DNA of 60,000 nucleotides from a bacterium (GTDB lineage Bacteria > Verrucomicrobiota > Kiritimatiellia > RFP12 > UBA1067). Positions 25,416 to 35,151 of this stretch are shown here, one piece after another. The stretch lies in contig JAUNMP010000002.1 in assembly GCA_030537465.1 (NCBI GenBank), positions 1 to 60,000 on the forward strand, in the 5' to 3' direction. The translations under genes were made by a program, and so were the position numbers. Under the pieces are notes generated by a model. The model worked only from the letters and a program-made list of their open reading frames with translations. It had not been told where the DNA came from and searched no databases. Numbering within the stretch: the first letter of the stretch is position 1; every line of letters begins with the position of its first letter.

Positions 25416-26471
25416 CTAGGCGAGGGCATCCCTCACGATGGACCTCAGGTTCTTCAACTGGTCTCGGGAGCAGACTAGAGTGGCCGTGGGAGTCTGCACA
25501 ACGACAACGTCCTTCAACCCCGCCACGACAAGCCGATGGTTGTTGGTGGCATTGAGGACGACGGCTCCGGACGTGTTCGTCAGGCTGGCGCCGCCAACGA
25601 CCGTATTCCCGGAGTCATCCTGGGAGAAATGGTGCTCAACCGCGGTCCAAGACCCGACATCGTCCCAGTCGAACCGACTTTCGGCGACGAGAAGCTTCTT
25701 CGCCTGCTCCATGATGGCGAAGTCGACGGAAATCGACCGCAGGCGCGGGTAGAAATAGTTGACCTCGGCAGCGGGATTCCCTTTCGCGACGGCGTCGATG
25801 AGCGGTGAAATGTCGGCCGCATACTCCCGGTAGGCATCGCGCATGACGGAGGCCTTCCAGATGAACATACCCGAGTTCCAGAGGAATCCCCCAGTCGCGA
25901 GATAGAACCGCGCAGTCTCCATGCTCGGCTTTTCGACGAAACGCCGCACATCGTGGAAGACGGTCTGGGTGCCAAGATCAACGCGGGGGCCGCACTCGAT
26001 GTAGCCAAATCCCGTCTCAGGACGCGTGGGAACAAGTCCAATCGTGACGATGGCATCCGTTTGAGACGCCATGTCGATCGCGTCCGCAAGCGTCGCGCGG
26101 AAAGTCTCGGCAGGCGATATCAGATGATCCGCCGTGAGAATACAACCCACGGCGTCCTCTCCACCATGCTTCAGGACAAGGCCGCAGGCGGTCGCCACCG
26201 CCGGCGCGGTATCGCGGCGGCAGGGCTCACCCACGATGTTCTCCGGCGGCAGCATCGGCAGCTCCTCCCGCGTGAATGCGGAGAATCGCTCGGCCGTGAC
26301 GACGAAAGTCCGCTCCGGGGGAATCAGTCCCTCCAGTCGCTCCACGGCCTGACGGATGAGGGACCGTCCACCGAAGAGATCGAGAAACTGCTTCGGGCGC
26401 TCCGGCGTGGACATCGGCCAGAACCTCTCGCCGTTGCCCCCCGCCATGATGATTGCGTATGCCGAAGCCAT
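25416..26471 (-). CDS. Mannose-1-phosphate guanylyltransferase (nucleotidyltransferase domain only)
   Basis: N-terminal IIMAGGNGERFWPMS...PKQFL motif, 351 aa. Confidence 0.8.
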   Translation of the reverse strand: MASAYAIIMAGGNGERFWPMSTPERPKQFLDLFGGRSLIRQAVERLEGLIPPERTFVVTAERFSAFTREELPMLPPENIVGEPCRRDTAPAVATACGLVLKHGGEDAVGCILTADHLISPAETFRATLADAIDMASQTDAIVTIGLVPTRPETGFGYIECGPRVDLGTQTVFHDVRRFVEKPSMETARFYLATGGFLWNSGMFIWKASVMRDAYREYAADISPLIDAVAKGNPAAEVNYFYPRLRSISVDFAIMEQAKKLLVAESRFDWDDVGSWTAVEHHFSQDDSGNTVVGGASLTNTSGAVVLNATNNHRLVVAGLKDVVVVQTPTATLVCSRDQLKNLRSIVRDALA

Positions 26472-26501
26472 CTTGGTCTCCCGTTTGGACTCTCAGAGTC
26501 C

Positions 26502-27761
26502 TTATGCCATCGCCGCGGCAAGCGCATCGCCAAAAGCGGAACACTTGACCTCGGTGGCGCCCTCCATCTGACGGGCGAAGTCATAGGTGACGGTCTTGGC
26601 GGCAATGACCTTGTCCATAGCCTCGACGATCTTGTCCGCCGCCTCGATCCACCCCATATAGCGCAACATCATCTCGCCGGAGAGAATGAGCGAACCTGGG
26701 TTGACCTTGTCAAGGTTGGCGTACTTGGGAGCCGTGCCGTGGGTTGCCTCGAAAACCGCGACGCCTGTCTGGTAGTTGATATTCGCGCCCGGGGCAATGC
26801 CAATGCCGCCGACCGTTGCGGCGAGGGCGTCGGAGACGTAGTCGCCATTGAGGTTCAAGGTGGCGATCACATCGTATTCGGCGGGGCGCGTGAGAATCTG
26901 CTGCAGAAACGCGTCGCAGATGCAGTCCTTGACCGTGATCATACGACCCGTCTTCGGGTTCTTGAACTCGCACCAGGGCCCCTTGTCGATCAGCGTGGCA
27001 CCGTACTCACGCTGCGCGAGCTTGTAGCCCCAATCGCGGAACGCGCCTTCGGTGAACTTCTGGATGTTGCCCTTGTGGACGATCGTCACCGACTTGCGGT
27101 CGTTTGCGATCGCGTAGTCGAGTGCGGCCTTCACGAGACGCTCCGTGCCCTCAAGGGAGACGGGCTTGATGCCAATGGAGGCGGTCTCAGGGAAGCGGAT
27201 CTTCTTGACGCCCATCTCCTTCACGAGCCAGTCGACGACCTTCGCCGCCTCAGGCGTACCATGAAGCCACTCGATGCCGGCGTAGATGTCCTCGGTGTTC
27301 TCGCGGAAGATCACCATGTCCGTGAGTTCGGGACGCTTCACGGGGGAGGGCACGCCCTTGAACCAACGCACGGGACGCAGGCAGACATAGAGATCAAGCT
27401 GCTGGCGCATGGCCACGTTGATGGAACGGATACCACCGCCAACGGGCGTGGTGAGCGGCCCCTTGATTGAAACAAGGTAGTCGCGGCACGCATCGAGCGT
27501 CTCCTGCGGCAACCAGGTGTTCGGGCCATACACGTCATTGGACTTCTCGCCCGCGTAGACCTCCATCCAGGAGATTTTCCGGCTGTCGCCATACGCGGCC
27601 TTGACCGCGGCGTTCCACACGGTCATCGCCGCCTTCGTGATGTCAGGTCCAGTGCCATCGCCCTCGATGAACGGAATGATCGGGTTGTTCGGGACGACGA
27701 GCTTGCCATCCACCATCGTGATCTTCTCGCCAGCGGGAACCGTGATTTTTTCGTATGACAT
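26502..27761 (-). CDS. icd: NADP-dependent isocitrate dehydrogenase
   Basis: 419 aa. [13 protein letters not shown] and [12 protein letters not shown] blocks, with overall similarity to bacterial Icd. Confidence 0.9.
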   Translation of the reverse strand: MSYEKITVPAGEKITMVDGKLVVPNNPIIPFIEGDGTGPDITKAAMTVWNAAVKAAYGDSRKISWMEVYAGEKSNDVYGPNTWLPQETLDACRDYLVSIKGPLTTPVGGGIRSINVAMRQQLDLYVCLRPVRWFKGVPSPVKRPELTDMVIFRENTEDIYAGIEWLHGTPEAAKVVDWLVKEMGVKKIRFPETASIGIKPVSLEGTERLVKAALDYAIANDRKSVTIVHKGNIQKFTEGAFRDWGYKLAQREYGATLIDKGPWCEFKNPKTGRMITVKDCICDAFLQQILTRPAEYDVIATLNLNGDYVSDALAATVGGIGIAPGANINYQTGVAVFEATHGTAPKYANLDKVNPGSLILSGEMMLRYMGWIEAADKIVEAMDKVIAAKTVTYDFARQMEGATEVKCSAFGDALAAAMA

Positions 27762-27764
27762 AGC

Positions 27765-27813
27765 AGTTTAAAGTTTAAGGTTCAAGGTTTAAGGGTTAAG
27801 GGTTAAGGTTTAA
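27765..27813. repeat. Seven tandem heptamers AGTTTAA AGTTTAA GGTTCAA GGTTTAA GGGTTAA GGGTTAA GGTTTAA
   Basis: Read directly from the sequence. It begins 3 nt upstream of the icd ATG and fills most of the 62-nt intergenic gap. Confidence 0.85.
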
Positions 27814-27823
27814 GGGCGAGGAA

Positions 27824-28855
27824 CTAGGCCGAGACGAGCAGGTCGTTGCGGTAGAGAGCACGAACCGCATCGCAGTCCTGCGTATGACCGCTGCGATAGC
27901 TCACCACAGTGCCGACGAAGCGGTCGGGGCCCGTGAGCGCCAGGGCGGCCAGCAGATCCAGCATCGCACGATGCCAGACAGGCTCGAGGAACTTGTCCGT
28001 ACCCGCGAGCGGGAAGCGAGGATCGCCATACCAGCGCCTGTGCCCGTGGATGAGAATGTTCTTCTTGTTGTAGCCAAGATTACGCGTATCGGCGAACAGC
28101 AGCCCGAACGTCTTGGCGATCTGGTACTGGCGATGCGTCGCGTTGGTGCGCGCGTAGGCGCCGTAGGCGAAGGTCTCCGGCGTGACGTCAAAGACGATTC
28201 GCTGATCTCCGATCACCGTATTCCAGTTGATTGCGACATCCAGGTGGATCATCCGCGAACCATCGTCCGGCAGGAAGAGCAGGAAGTCACCACGCGTACC
28301 ACCGAATGCGACGGGTTCTCGGACAGTGACGTAGGACGCAGTCTCGAGCTTGTCGACCAGACCCGCGCCCCTGACGGCATTCACGAGCGGCACAGAGGAG
28401 TCATCGAAAAGCGGCGGATCCCCGCTATTCGTCTTCAACACCACGTCATCAAGGCCAAGACCGGCCTTGAGGGCGATGATGTGCTCCACCATGCGGAGAT
28501 AATTGTGAGGTGAACCACTACGGAGCACAAGATTACGCGCCGAGGTCCAGAGATTCGCGATGTCGACGAGCGTGTCCAGCTGTTCGGGCTGGTCCGTACG
28601 ACGAATCCACCAACCAGGACGCGCCGAGGGGGCGAAGGTGATGGTGCGCTTCTCCCGACCGCGGAACGTTCCGACTCCCTCGACCGAGCACTCGGTCGCA
28701 AGCGTCGTTCTCCTGGGCGACCACCCGCTCGTCTCGGCGAGACGGATGTCGTCGACGGGTTGCGCGTTGAAACGAGCGAGCGCCGCATCGAGCGAGGCCT
28801 GGGAGCCCCGCACGAGGCGGCACTGCGGATAGCTGAACTTCTGCGGCTCGGCCAT
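27824..28855 (-). CDS. LpxC-family (UDP-3-O-acyl-GlcNAc deacetylase-like) protein, divergent
   Basis: Alignable blocks to E. coli LpxC: MVEHIIALKAGLGLDD (TVEHLNAALAGLGIDN), FDDSSVPLV (MDGSAAPFV), WHRAMLDLL (RHKMLDAI) and YRSGH (YKSGH). Confidence 0.6.
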   Translation of the reverse strand: MAEPQKFSYPQCRLVRGSQASLDAALARFNAQPVDDIRLAETSGWSPRRTTLATECSVEGVGTFRGREKRTITFAPSARPGWWIRRTDQPEQLDTLVDIANLWTSARNLVLRSGSPHNYLRMVEHIIALKAGLGLDDVVLKTNSGDPPLFDDSSVPLVNAVRGAGLVDKLETASYVTVREPVAFGGTRGDFLLFLPDDGSRMIHLDVAINWNTVIGDQRIVFDVTPETFAYGAYARTNATHRQYQIAKTFGLLFADTRNLGYNKKNILIHGHRRWYGDPRFPLAGTDKFLEPVWHRAMLDLLAALALTGPDRFVGTVVSYRSGHTQDCDAVRALYRNDLLVSA

Positions 28856-28859
28856 TGGA

Positions 28860-29552
28860 CTATTTCCACTTCTTGGGGTCGTCGGGATTCTCGATGATCT
28901 TGTTCACGAGCGGCGAGATCACGGGCTCGATTCCCGCCGTACGGAAATTGTCCACAACCTGCGAGAGCCACACGCCGAAGCCACCCTCCTTGTCGTAGGC
29001 CGCAAAGCGGAAGAGTTCCTTCTGGCACTGCGAGTCAACGCAGATGACAGCCGGATAGCTGGCAAGGTCCGTATACTTCGGCTCATCCTTCTTCTGCTGT
29101 TCGGCCCTCTTCTTCATATGCTCGTTCACGACGAAGTTCTCAAGGAACTTGAGTTCGGGTTCCTTCATCCCGCGCGTCTCGATCTGCTTGGGCTTCTTCG
29201 AGTCCGGCTTGATCTTCACGAAGCAGAGCACGCAGTTCTGCGCCGCGAAGTCCTTGAGGAACTCCTTGCGGTTGATGACCTTCTGCTTCAGGAACTGAAC
29301 CGCCGGGTTTCCGTCGGGAAGGAGCGCCACAATCAAAGGAAGCCCCGCCTTTTCGGCGACCGTCTTCGCCTCGACGAACTTGGTGTAGGACGGCTTCTTG
29401 GCCTTCCGCGCCTTCAGCTGCTCCGGCGTCGGCCCCGCCGCCTCGGCAGCGGCCGCATCATCCTTCTTGTCCGCGGCGGAGGCAACCATCACCGGAGACA
29501 CCGCCAGTACGGCGGCAAGCGCGAATACGAGATTCATCTTCATCGTCTTCAT
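28860..29552 (-). CDS. Secreted hypothetical protein (possibly thioredoxin-like fold, no CxxC)
   Basis: Signal peptide MKTMKMNLVFALAAVLAVSPVMVASA. ATGA overlap with the upstream murC-like gene. Confidence 0.55.
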   Translation of the reverse strand: MKTMKMNLVFALAAVLAVSPVMVASAADKKDDAAAAEAAGPTPEQLKARKAKKPSYTKFVEAKTVAEKAGLPLIVALLPDGNPAVQFLKQKVINRKEFLKDFAAQNCVLCFVKIKPDSKKPKQIETRGMKEPELKFLENFVVNEHMKKRAEQQKKDEPKYTDLASYPAVICVDSQCQKELFRFAAYDKEGGFGVWLSQVVDNFRTAGIEPVISPLVNKIIENPDDPKKWK

Positions 29553-30808
29553 TCCTTTTCTGCGAGACGGCGGGCGAGAACCGGGAGGCCCGGATCGCGC
29601 GCGCCGGCCGCGACCAATGCGCCGAACGCCGACGCCCGCGTGCGGAGAATGGATTCCGCATCCTCAAGATCTTCCACGAGCTGCACAGGGGCTCCGACAA
29701 GCTTCGCCACCAGCGCGTCCGAATTGACGGATCGGTCCGTTGTTCCACCCGCGTCGTAGACGGGCGGCAGCAGCAGCAGGTCGCATGCCCGAAGCGTCCC
29801 ACGGAACATCGTCGCCAGTGCATCCATCATCTTGCGCAGCGGCGCGTAGCCGTGCGGGCGCCACACAACCGCGATTCCCTTCGGGTATGCACTCTGTAGA
29901 GTCGTCAGCATCGCGTGCAGCTTCTCGGGATTATGCGCATAGTCATCGTAGACCACCGCTTCGCCACACACGCCCACACGCTGAAGGCGGCGTTCGACGC
30001 CGGGGAAGGTCTTCAACGCCGCGGCGATCTTCGCCGATTCGGCGCCTAGAGCCAGAGCCATACGCACCGCGCACTCCGCATTCACCGCGTTGTGCTCCCC
30101 CGGCAGCGGAATTGTCCGCGCGAGGTCAGACGGCACAATCGGCGCAACGCGGCCGTCGATGACAGGGCCGGGGACATTCTCGACGAACGCGTCGAACACC
30201 GCGTCCATCTCCTCCTTGGAATAATGGTCCGCCGATGCATTGGTCACCACCGCGGCATACGGCTTGAAGGCGACAAGCGACTTGTCGCTCTCATCCACCT
30301 CGGCCACGGCAAACTCGCCACAGCCCCCACGAGTCGAGCCCACGCGCGTTCCCGCGGCATCCCAGCCAACAATCTGCGCGCCATTCACGACAACGGGATC
30401 GAAGCCACACGCCGTGAGCAGATGACCGAGAATTGCGGTGACCGTGGACTTTCCGCACGTCCCCGCAACGGCAACGAGCTTCTTGGAGGACAGCACCTCC
30501 GCTAGCGCGGCGGCACGGTGCGTCACGGGAACGCCAAGCTCCCGTGCACGACGAAGCCCTGGATTGGTCTCTTCCACCGCCGTCGAAATTACGACTCGCG
30601 CCGTCGTCGGCGACACTCCGGACCCATCATCGGGAAACAGGCGGACGCCCTGGCACTCCAACTCCTGCAGCACGGGTGAACGTGCACCAGATCCGTCGCC
30701 CAGCGACCGATCCGCACCCGTCACGGTAAACCCTGCATCGAGGAACGCCTGGGCGAGGGCACTCATGCCCACGCCGCCAATGCCGATCAGATGGATTTCA
30801 GAAGCCAA
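29549..30808 (-). CDS. Mur ligase, MurC/Mpl family (UDP-N-acetylmuramate--L-alanine ligase-like)
   Basis: IHLIGIGGVGMSALA and AGTCGKSTV motifs. The start appears to be TTG at 30808, because no upstream in-frame ATG precedes the conserved N-terminus. Confidence 0.7.
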   Translation of the reverse strand: MASEIHLIGIGGVGMSALAQAFLDAGFTVTGADRSLGDGSGARSPVLQELECQGVRLFPDDGSGVSPTTARVVISTAVEETNPGLRRARELGVPVTHRAAALAEVLSSKKLVAVAGTCGKSTVTAILGHLLTACGFDPVVVNGAQIVGWDAAGTRVGSTRGGCGEFAVAEVDESDKSLVAFKPYAAVVTNASADHYSKEEMDAVFDAFVENVPGPVIDGRVAPIVPSDLARTIPLPGEHNAVNAECAVRMALALGAESAKIAAALKTFPGVERRLQRVGVCGEAVVYDDYAHNPEKLHAMLTTLQSAYPKGIAVVWRPHGYAPLRKMMDALATMFRGTLRACDLLLLPPVYDAGGTTDRSVNSDALVAKLVGAPVQLVEDLEDAESILRTRASAFGALVAAGARDPGLPVLARRLAEKE

Positions 30809-30812
30809 GAAA

Positions 30813-31655
30813 TCACTTCCCGAAAGGATTCAGTTTCTTGAGGCTCTCCGCCGCGCTCTTTGCGCTATTGCCAATCGCCTCCGTCCTCTTCCCCAGGGCT
30901 TCCGTGGCCTTGCCGACCGCATCTTCGGCCCCGCCCACCGCGCCTTTGAGCAATCCCGAAGCGGCCCCGCCAAAGTCCGCCATGCGCTTCGTGCAGGCAT
31001 CCTTGATTTCGGTTCCGACTTCTGCAAAGGTCGTGCCGCCGGAATTCTTGCCGATGTCATTGAGCGTGATGCTGGGAATCGGAATCGTCAACCCCATCTT
31101 CACACGCGTTCCGGAGAGTTCGAAGTGATCGATGATGATTTTCTTCGAAGGCCCTTCATCCTTGGCCTCCGCCTCCTTCTCTTCCCCTTCCGAGGAACCA
31201 AGCTTGGATTTGAGGTTGGCGAGAATCGCCATGAAGTTGTTGGTGCCATTCTCCATGGCGATACCAACGAAGGGGCCCTGAACCGTGATGTCCTTCACAT
31301 GGATCGTCGACGTGAGCAGCGAGAAAGTCGCGACCTCCACGTTCACCGTCGACACGCTGAAGGCCTCGGGTTCTTTATATCCTTCAGGGTTGGACAAGTG
31401 CACCTCGGTGATGCGAAGCTTGCCGGAGAACGGATTCAGGTTGAATTTCTCCATCTTGAACTTGCATCCCGTGAAGACCGGGACGACCGATTCCGCGACG
31501 GACGTAGCGACCGGGCTAATCCAAAGCGGCAAGGTGATCAGGACCACGGCAATGAGTGCTACGAGGCCCCCCAGCACGTAAAGCGCAATCTTGAGCCCCT
31601 TCTTCATTCCCTTTTTCGCGACAGGCATCGCCGCTTCTTCCACTGGCTTCTCCAT
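30813..31655 (-). CDS. Membrane-anchored hypothetical protein
   Basis: 280 aa with a single N-terminal TM segment (LKIALYVLGGLVALIAVVLITLPLW). No family recognised. Confidence 0.5.
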   Translation of the reverse strand: MEKPVEEAAMPVAKKGMKKGLKIALYVLGGLVALIAVVLITLPLWISPVATSVAESVVPVFTGCKFKMEKFNLNPFSGKLRITEVHLSNPEGYKEPEAFSVSTVNVEVATFSLLTSTIHVKDITVQGPFVGIAMENGTNNFMAILANLKSKLGSSEGEEKEAEAKDEGPSKKIIIDHFELSGTRVKMGLTIPIPSITLNDIGKNSGGTTFAEVGTEIKDACTKRMADFGGAASGLLKGAVGGAEDAVGKATEALGKRTEAIGNSAKSAAESLKKLNPFGK

Positions 31656-31743
31656 GACTTTTCCTTTCGTTTCAAAATTGATGAGTGGATATTGTACCCC
31701 GAGGGAGTTCCCCGGTCAAGGGAGAATGGCGAGGTCAGAAGCC

Positions 31744-32529
31744 TCATAGTTCCCGTAGCCCGTCAACGGTGATCTTTGTGCGGTGGCGTGCCCCAAGTGT
31801 CTCGACCTCGAGCACGGACACCATCCACTTGCCATCCATCTTCTTGATACGGGTTCCCCAGAGACGGCGGGTCGGCTTACCGTCCACACCGACCTGCTCC
31901 GCCTGCATAAGACAGCCGGTCTTCTTATCCACCCAGAGCCTGACGCCCGACAACCCTTCGATGCGCACCTCTGGCTTGACGAAAATGACGACGCACTTCT
32001 GCCCATGCACGCTCTCCCCCTCGCGGTCCTTCTCGTAGGAGGCCTTTGACCACCAGAGGAAGTCGAACGTTAGGTCCAGCCACGTCACATCCGTCCCCTG
32101 GACGCTTGCAAGCGGAGATTCGACGATCTCCGCCTCGGACGCACCCGGCTTGGAAAGGCGAATCACAGGGCACATCCCCAGTCGACGCGAAATCGTCACA
32201 ACCGCGACCTCGTTGGTTTCTCCGCGCGGCATAAGCTTAACCGTCAGAAGCGAGACCTCGTCACTGCGGCGCATCACCAGTCGGTAGTCGTGCTCGCTCG
32301 CGGCAATGCCCTTGCGCGTTCGCAGAATCAAAGACCCAGTCAGCTCGACGGGACGCACGGGCAGCATGGCGCGACAGGCGCGAAGCACGTCTACAGCCTC
32401 CATTTCCGCTGCCAGGACGGGCGGGGTCTTGCCGTGCCCCGAAACCACCTCGATTGCCGCATTCGGCGTCTCGTCCGCGAATGCGGAGACCCCAAGCACC
32501 AGACAGGCGAATAGAAGAAACTGCATCAT
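31744..32529 (-). CDS. LolA-like outer-membrane lipoprotein-sorting family protein
   Basis: Signal peptide MMQFLLFACLVLGVSAFA. The C-terminal pattern resembles the LolA_like family (recalled). ATGA overlap with the TPR gene. Confidence 0.5.
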   Translation of the reverse strand: MMQFLLFACLVLGVSAFADETPNAAIEVVSGHGKTPPVLAAEMEAVDVLRACRAMLPVRPVELTGSLILRTRKGIAASEHDYRLVMRRSDEVSLLTVKLMPRGETNEVAVVTISRRLGMCPVIRLSKPGASEAEIVESPLASVQGTDVTWLDLTFDFLWWSKASYEKDREGESVHGQKCVVIFVKPEVRIEGLSGVRLWVDKKTGCLMQAEQVGVDGKPTRRLWGTRIKKMDGKWMVSVLEVETLGARHRTKITVDGLREL

Positions 32530-33419
32530 TTCCGGTTCACCTTCGCTTCAAGGGCCTCGTCCCTCGGTCCCCCAAGGGAACGACCCTGCTCATAGTATTC
32601 GCGAGCCACCTCGACATCCTCGCCAAGCCTCAGCGTCAAATTCGCCAGGTTGTAGCAGGGCAGATAGGATTTAGGATGCTCGCGCATCGCCTTCTCAAGA
32701 GTCCGCCGAGCGGCGAACAGACTACCCGCGCCTGCCTGCGCGGCGGCGCGAAGCAGCAGTGGATTGAGTTCTTTCGGGCGGTCCTTCATGACTTCTTCAA
32801 GCAAGTGGTCCGCAGCCCCATAGTCTCCCGCGCGGATGGCATCCAACGCCCTCTGCAGACGCGTATCCTTGGATGGCTGCGCCATCTCCGATGCAGGTTC
32901 CGGCTTCTCGGCCGACTCCCCCTCGACCTTCTCGACCTTGTTGGTCTTGGCAGCCTCGCGCCGGACGAATTCCTCGTCGGCCTTCGTCTGAAGTCCATGT
33001 TTGATGCGCCACTTCCGCTCGAGATCACGCGTGTTCGACACGGAAACGGCCCGCTCGTTCTCGTTTACCTGGGCGAAGCGGATGGTGTCGATCGCCGCGG
33101 AACAGGTTGCCCGCTTGGTGCGCAGAGGGGCGAACTCTGGAGACTCCGCGCGGTCGGGGTTCTCCTCCTCGACGCGATCAAGTTCCTTGAGCGCAAGGCG
33201 GTAGTTCTCAATCGCCTTTTCACCATTCCCTTCAAGCACGTCATCCTCGGCAAGTTCGATGTACTCGTTCGCCTTCTCAAGCAGCCGATGGAGTCGAGGA
33301 GGCTTGTTCGTGCTGTCGGGATCGAAGTCAAAAGGCCAATACCAGGCCGCTGGCGCGGCGAAGGCAAGACCACAGACCACGACAAACAGCGTCGCAAGCT
33401 TTGAGCAGGGAATCCGCAT
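32526..33419 (-). CDS. Secreted TPR-repeat protein
   Basis: Start at the ATG at 33419 (MRIPCSKLATLFVVVCGLAFA signal peptide). TPR-like helical repeats at both ends. Confidence 0.6.
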   Translation of the reverse strand: MRIPCSKLATLFVVVCGLAFAAPAAWYWPFDFDPDSTNKPPRLHRLLEKANEYIELAEDDVLEGNGEKAIENYRLALKELDRVEEENPDRAESPEFAPLRTKRATCSAAIDTIRFAQVNENERAVSVSNTRDLERKWRIKHGLQTKADEEFVRREAAKTNKVEKVEGESAEKPEPASEMAQPSKDTRLQRALDAIRAGDYGAADHLLEEVMKDRPKELNPLLLRAAAQAGAGSLFAARRTLEKAMREHPKSYLPCYNLANLTLRLGEDVEVAREYYEQGRSLGGPRDEALEAKVNRK

Positions 33420-33435
33420 GGTCAATCTCGGATGG

Positions 33436-34800
33436 CTAGTTCTTGAAGCTGTGGATGGGAGCGGGGATGCGTCCCTTGCGCCCAACAAATTCGTCGCACG
33501 CAAAACGATTGACGGGCATCACGGGCGCATGCCCCAGAAGTCCACCGAACTCGACATTATCGCCGACGGTCTTTCCGATGACGGGAATGATGCGCACGGC
33601 CGTTGTCTTCTGGTTGACCATGCCAATGGCGGCTTCATCCGCGATGACACCGGCAATCGATGCAGCAGACGTGTCGCCGGGCACGGCAATCATATCAAGA
33701 CCGACGGAACAGACACAGGTCATCGCCTCAAGCTTTTCGATCGTGAGCGCGCCCGCCTCGACTGCGTCGATCATCCCCTGATCCTCCGAGACGGGGATGA
33801 AGGCCCCAGAGAGCCCGCCCACGTAGGACGAGGCCATCACACCGCCCTTCTTGACCTGGTCGTTGAGCAGCGCCAGCGCCGCCGTCGTACCCGGCGCGCC
33901 GGGGTGCTCGAGCCCGATGGCCTTGAGAATGTCCGCCACGGAGTCCCCAACGGCCGGCGTCGGGGCAAGAGAGAGATCGATGATGCCAAACGGAACACCC
34001 AGCCGACGCGAAGCCTCCTGGGCGACAAGCTGCCCTACGCGGGTAATCTTGAACGCGGTCTTCTTGATTGTCTCGCAGAGCGTCTCGAAATCAGCCCCTC
34101 GGATCTGCTCGAGGGCGTATTTTACAACGCCCGGCCCCGAGACTCCGACATTGATGATCGCATCGGCCTCGGTGACGCCATGGAAGGCTCCCGCCATGAA
34201 GGGATTGTCGTCAGGCGCATTGCAGAGCACAACGAGCTTCGCACAGCCAAGCGAATCATGCTCCTTCGTGCGTTCCGCCGTCTGCTTCACGATTTCACCC
34301 ATCAGGCGAATCGCGTCCATGTCCAGGCCTGTCTTCGTGGAACCGACGTTGACGCTGGAGCAGATGCGCTCGGTGACGGCGAGGGCCTCGGGAATCGAGC
34401 GAATCAGCAGTTCGTCGGAGGGCGTCATGCCCTTCGAGACGACAGCGGAGTAACCGCCCAGAAAGTTGACGCCAAGCTCGCGCGCAGCACGGTCGAGCGT
34501 CTTCGCGATTTCGACATAATCCCCCGGCGTCTTGCAGCAGGACGCCCCCACGAGGGAAATTGGCGTGATGGAAATGCGCTTGTTGACGATCGGCACGCCA
34601 AAGTCGCGCGAGATCTCCTCCCCTGTCTGTACAAGGCGGCCCGCATAGCGCAGCAGCTTCGCATAGATGTTCTTGCAGCAGACCTCAAGATTCGAATCCG
34701 CGCAGTCAAGAAGGCTGATGCCCATCGTGATGGTGCGGACATCCAGGTTCTCGTCCTGGATCATCTTGTTCGTCTCAAGCACTTCGGAGATATTGATCAT
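33436..34800 (-). CDS. UPF0210/DUF711 (PFL-like) family protein
   Basis: [33 protein letters not shown] is typical of UPF0210. Paired with the upstream ACT-domain UPF0237 gene, as in many genomes. Confidence 0.8.
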   Translation of the reverse strand: MINISEVLETNKMIQDENLDVRTITMGISLLDCADSNLEVCCKNIYAKLLRYAGRLVQTGEEISRDFGVPIVNKRISITPISLVGASCCKTPGDYVEIAKTLDRAARELGVNFLGGYSAVVSKGMTPSDELLIRSIPEALAVTERICSSVNVGSTKTGLDMDAIRLMGEIVKQTAERTKEHDSLGCAKLVVLCNAPDDNPFMAGAFHGVTEADAIINVGVSGPGVVKYALEQIRGADFETLCETIKKTAFKITRVGQLVAQEASRRLGVPFGIIDLSLAPTPAVGDSVADILKAIGLEHPGAPGTTAALALLNDQVKKGGVMASSYVGGLSGAFIPVSEDQGMIDAVEAGALTIEKLEAMTCVCSVGLDMIAVPGDTSAASIAGVIADEAAIGMVNQKTTAVRIIPVIGKTVGDNVEFGGLLGHAPVMPVNRFACDEFVGRKGRIPAPIHSFKN

Positions 34801-34810
34801 GGAACCGTCC

Positions 34811-34845
34811 CAACTCCTCAACTTCTCAACTCTTCAACCTAACAG
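34811..34845. repeat. About 7-nt periodic YCAAC tract (reverse complement GTTGR), related to the heptamer tracts at 24444 and 27765 but inverted
   Basis: CAACTCC TCAACTT CTCAACT CTTCAAC CTAACAG, between the ACT gene stop and the UPF0210 start. Confidence 0.45.
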
Positions 34846-34856
34846 CGGACGAAGAA

Positions 34857-35129
34857 CTAGATTCGGTGCATCTTCTCGAAGATCTCGGCCTTCTGGCACT
34901 TGATCTGGAGCCCCAGCGTATTACCGACCGCAGCGAGATCCGCGCCTAAATCCGCAAAGGGCTTGACGGCGCGGGAAACGTCGACGATCATCATCATATT
35001 GAAGTAGTCCGAGCGGACTGTCTGGGAGATGTCGAGGATATTGACGCCATTCTCGGCGAGACAAGTACAAGTCTTGGCGAGAATACCGACGGTATCCTTG
35101 CCGACAACGGTGATAATGGCTTTGTTCAT
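34857..35129 (-). CDS. ACT-domain protein (UPF0237 family)
   Basis: 90 aa. MNKAIITVVGKDTVGILAKT is a typical ACT N-terminus. TATACT lies 9 nt upstream of the ATG. Confidence 0.8.
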   Translation of the reverse strand: MNKAIITVVGKDTVGILAKTCTCLAENGVNILDISQTVRSDYFNMMMIVDVSRAVKPFADLGADLAAVGNTLGLQIKCQKAEIFEKMHRI

Positions 35130-35151
35130 AGGCAGATTAGTATATCAAAAA

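Noticed and set aside
26487-26501. Palindrome GGACTCTCAGAGTCC immediately after the icd stop
   Set aside because: It is only a 6-bp stem with a 3-nt loop and no U-tract. That is too weak to call a terminator or operator, and it was not seen elsewhere in the window.
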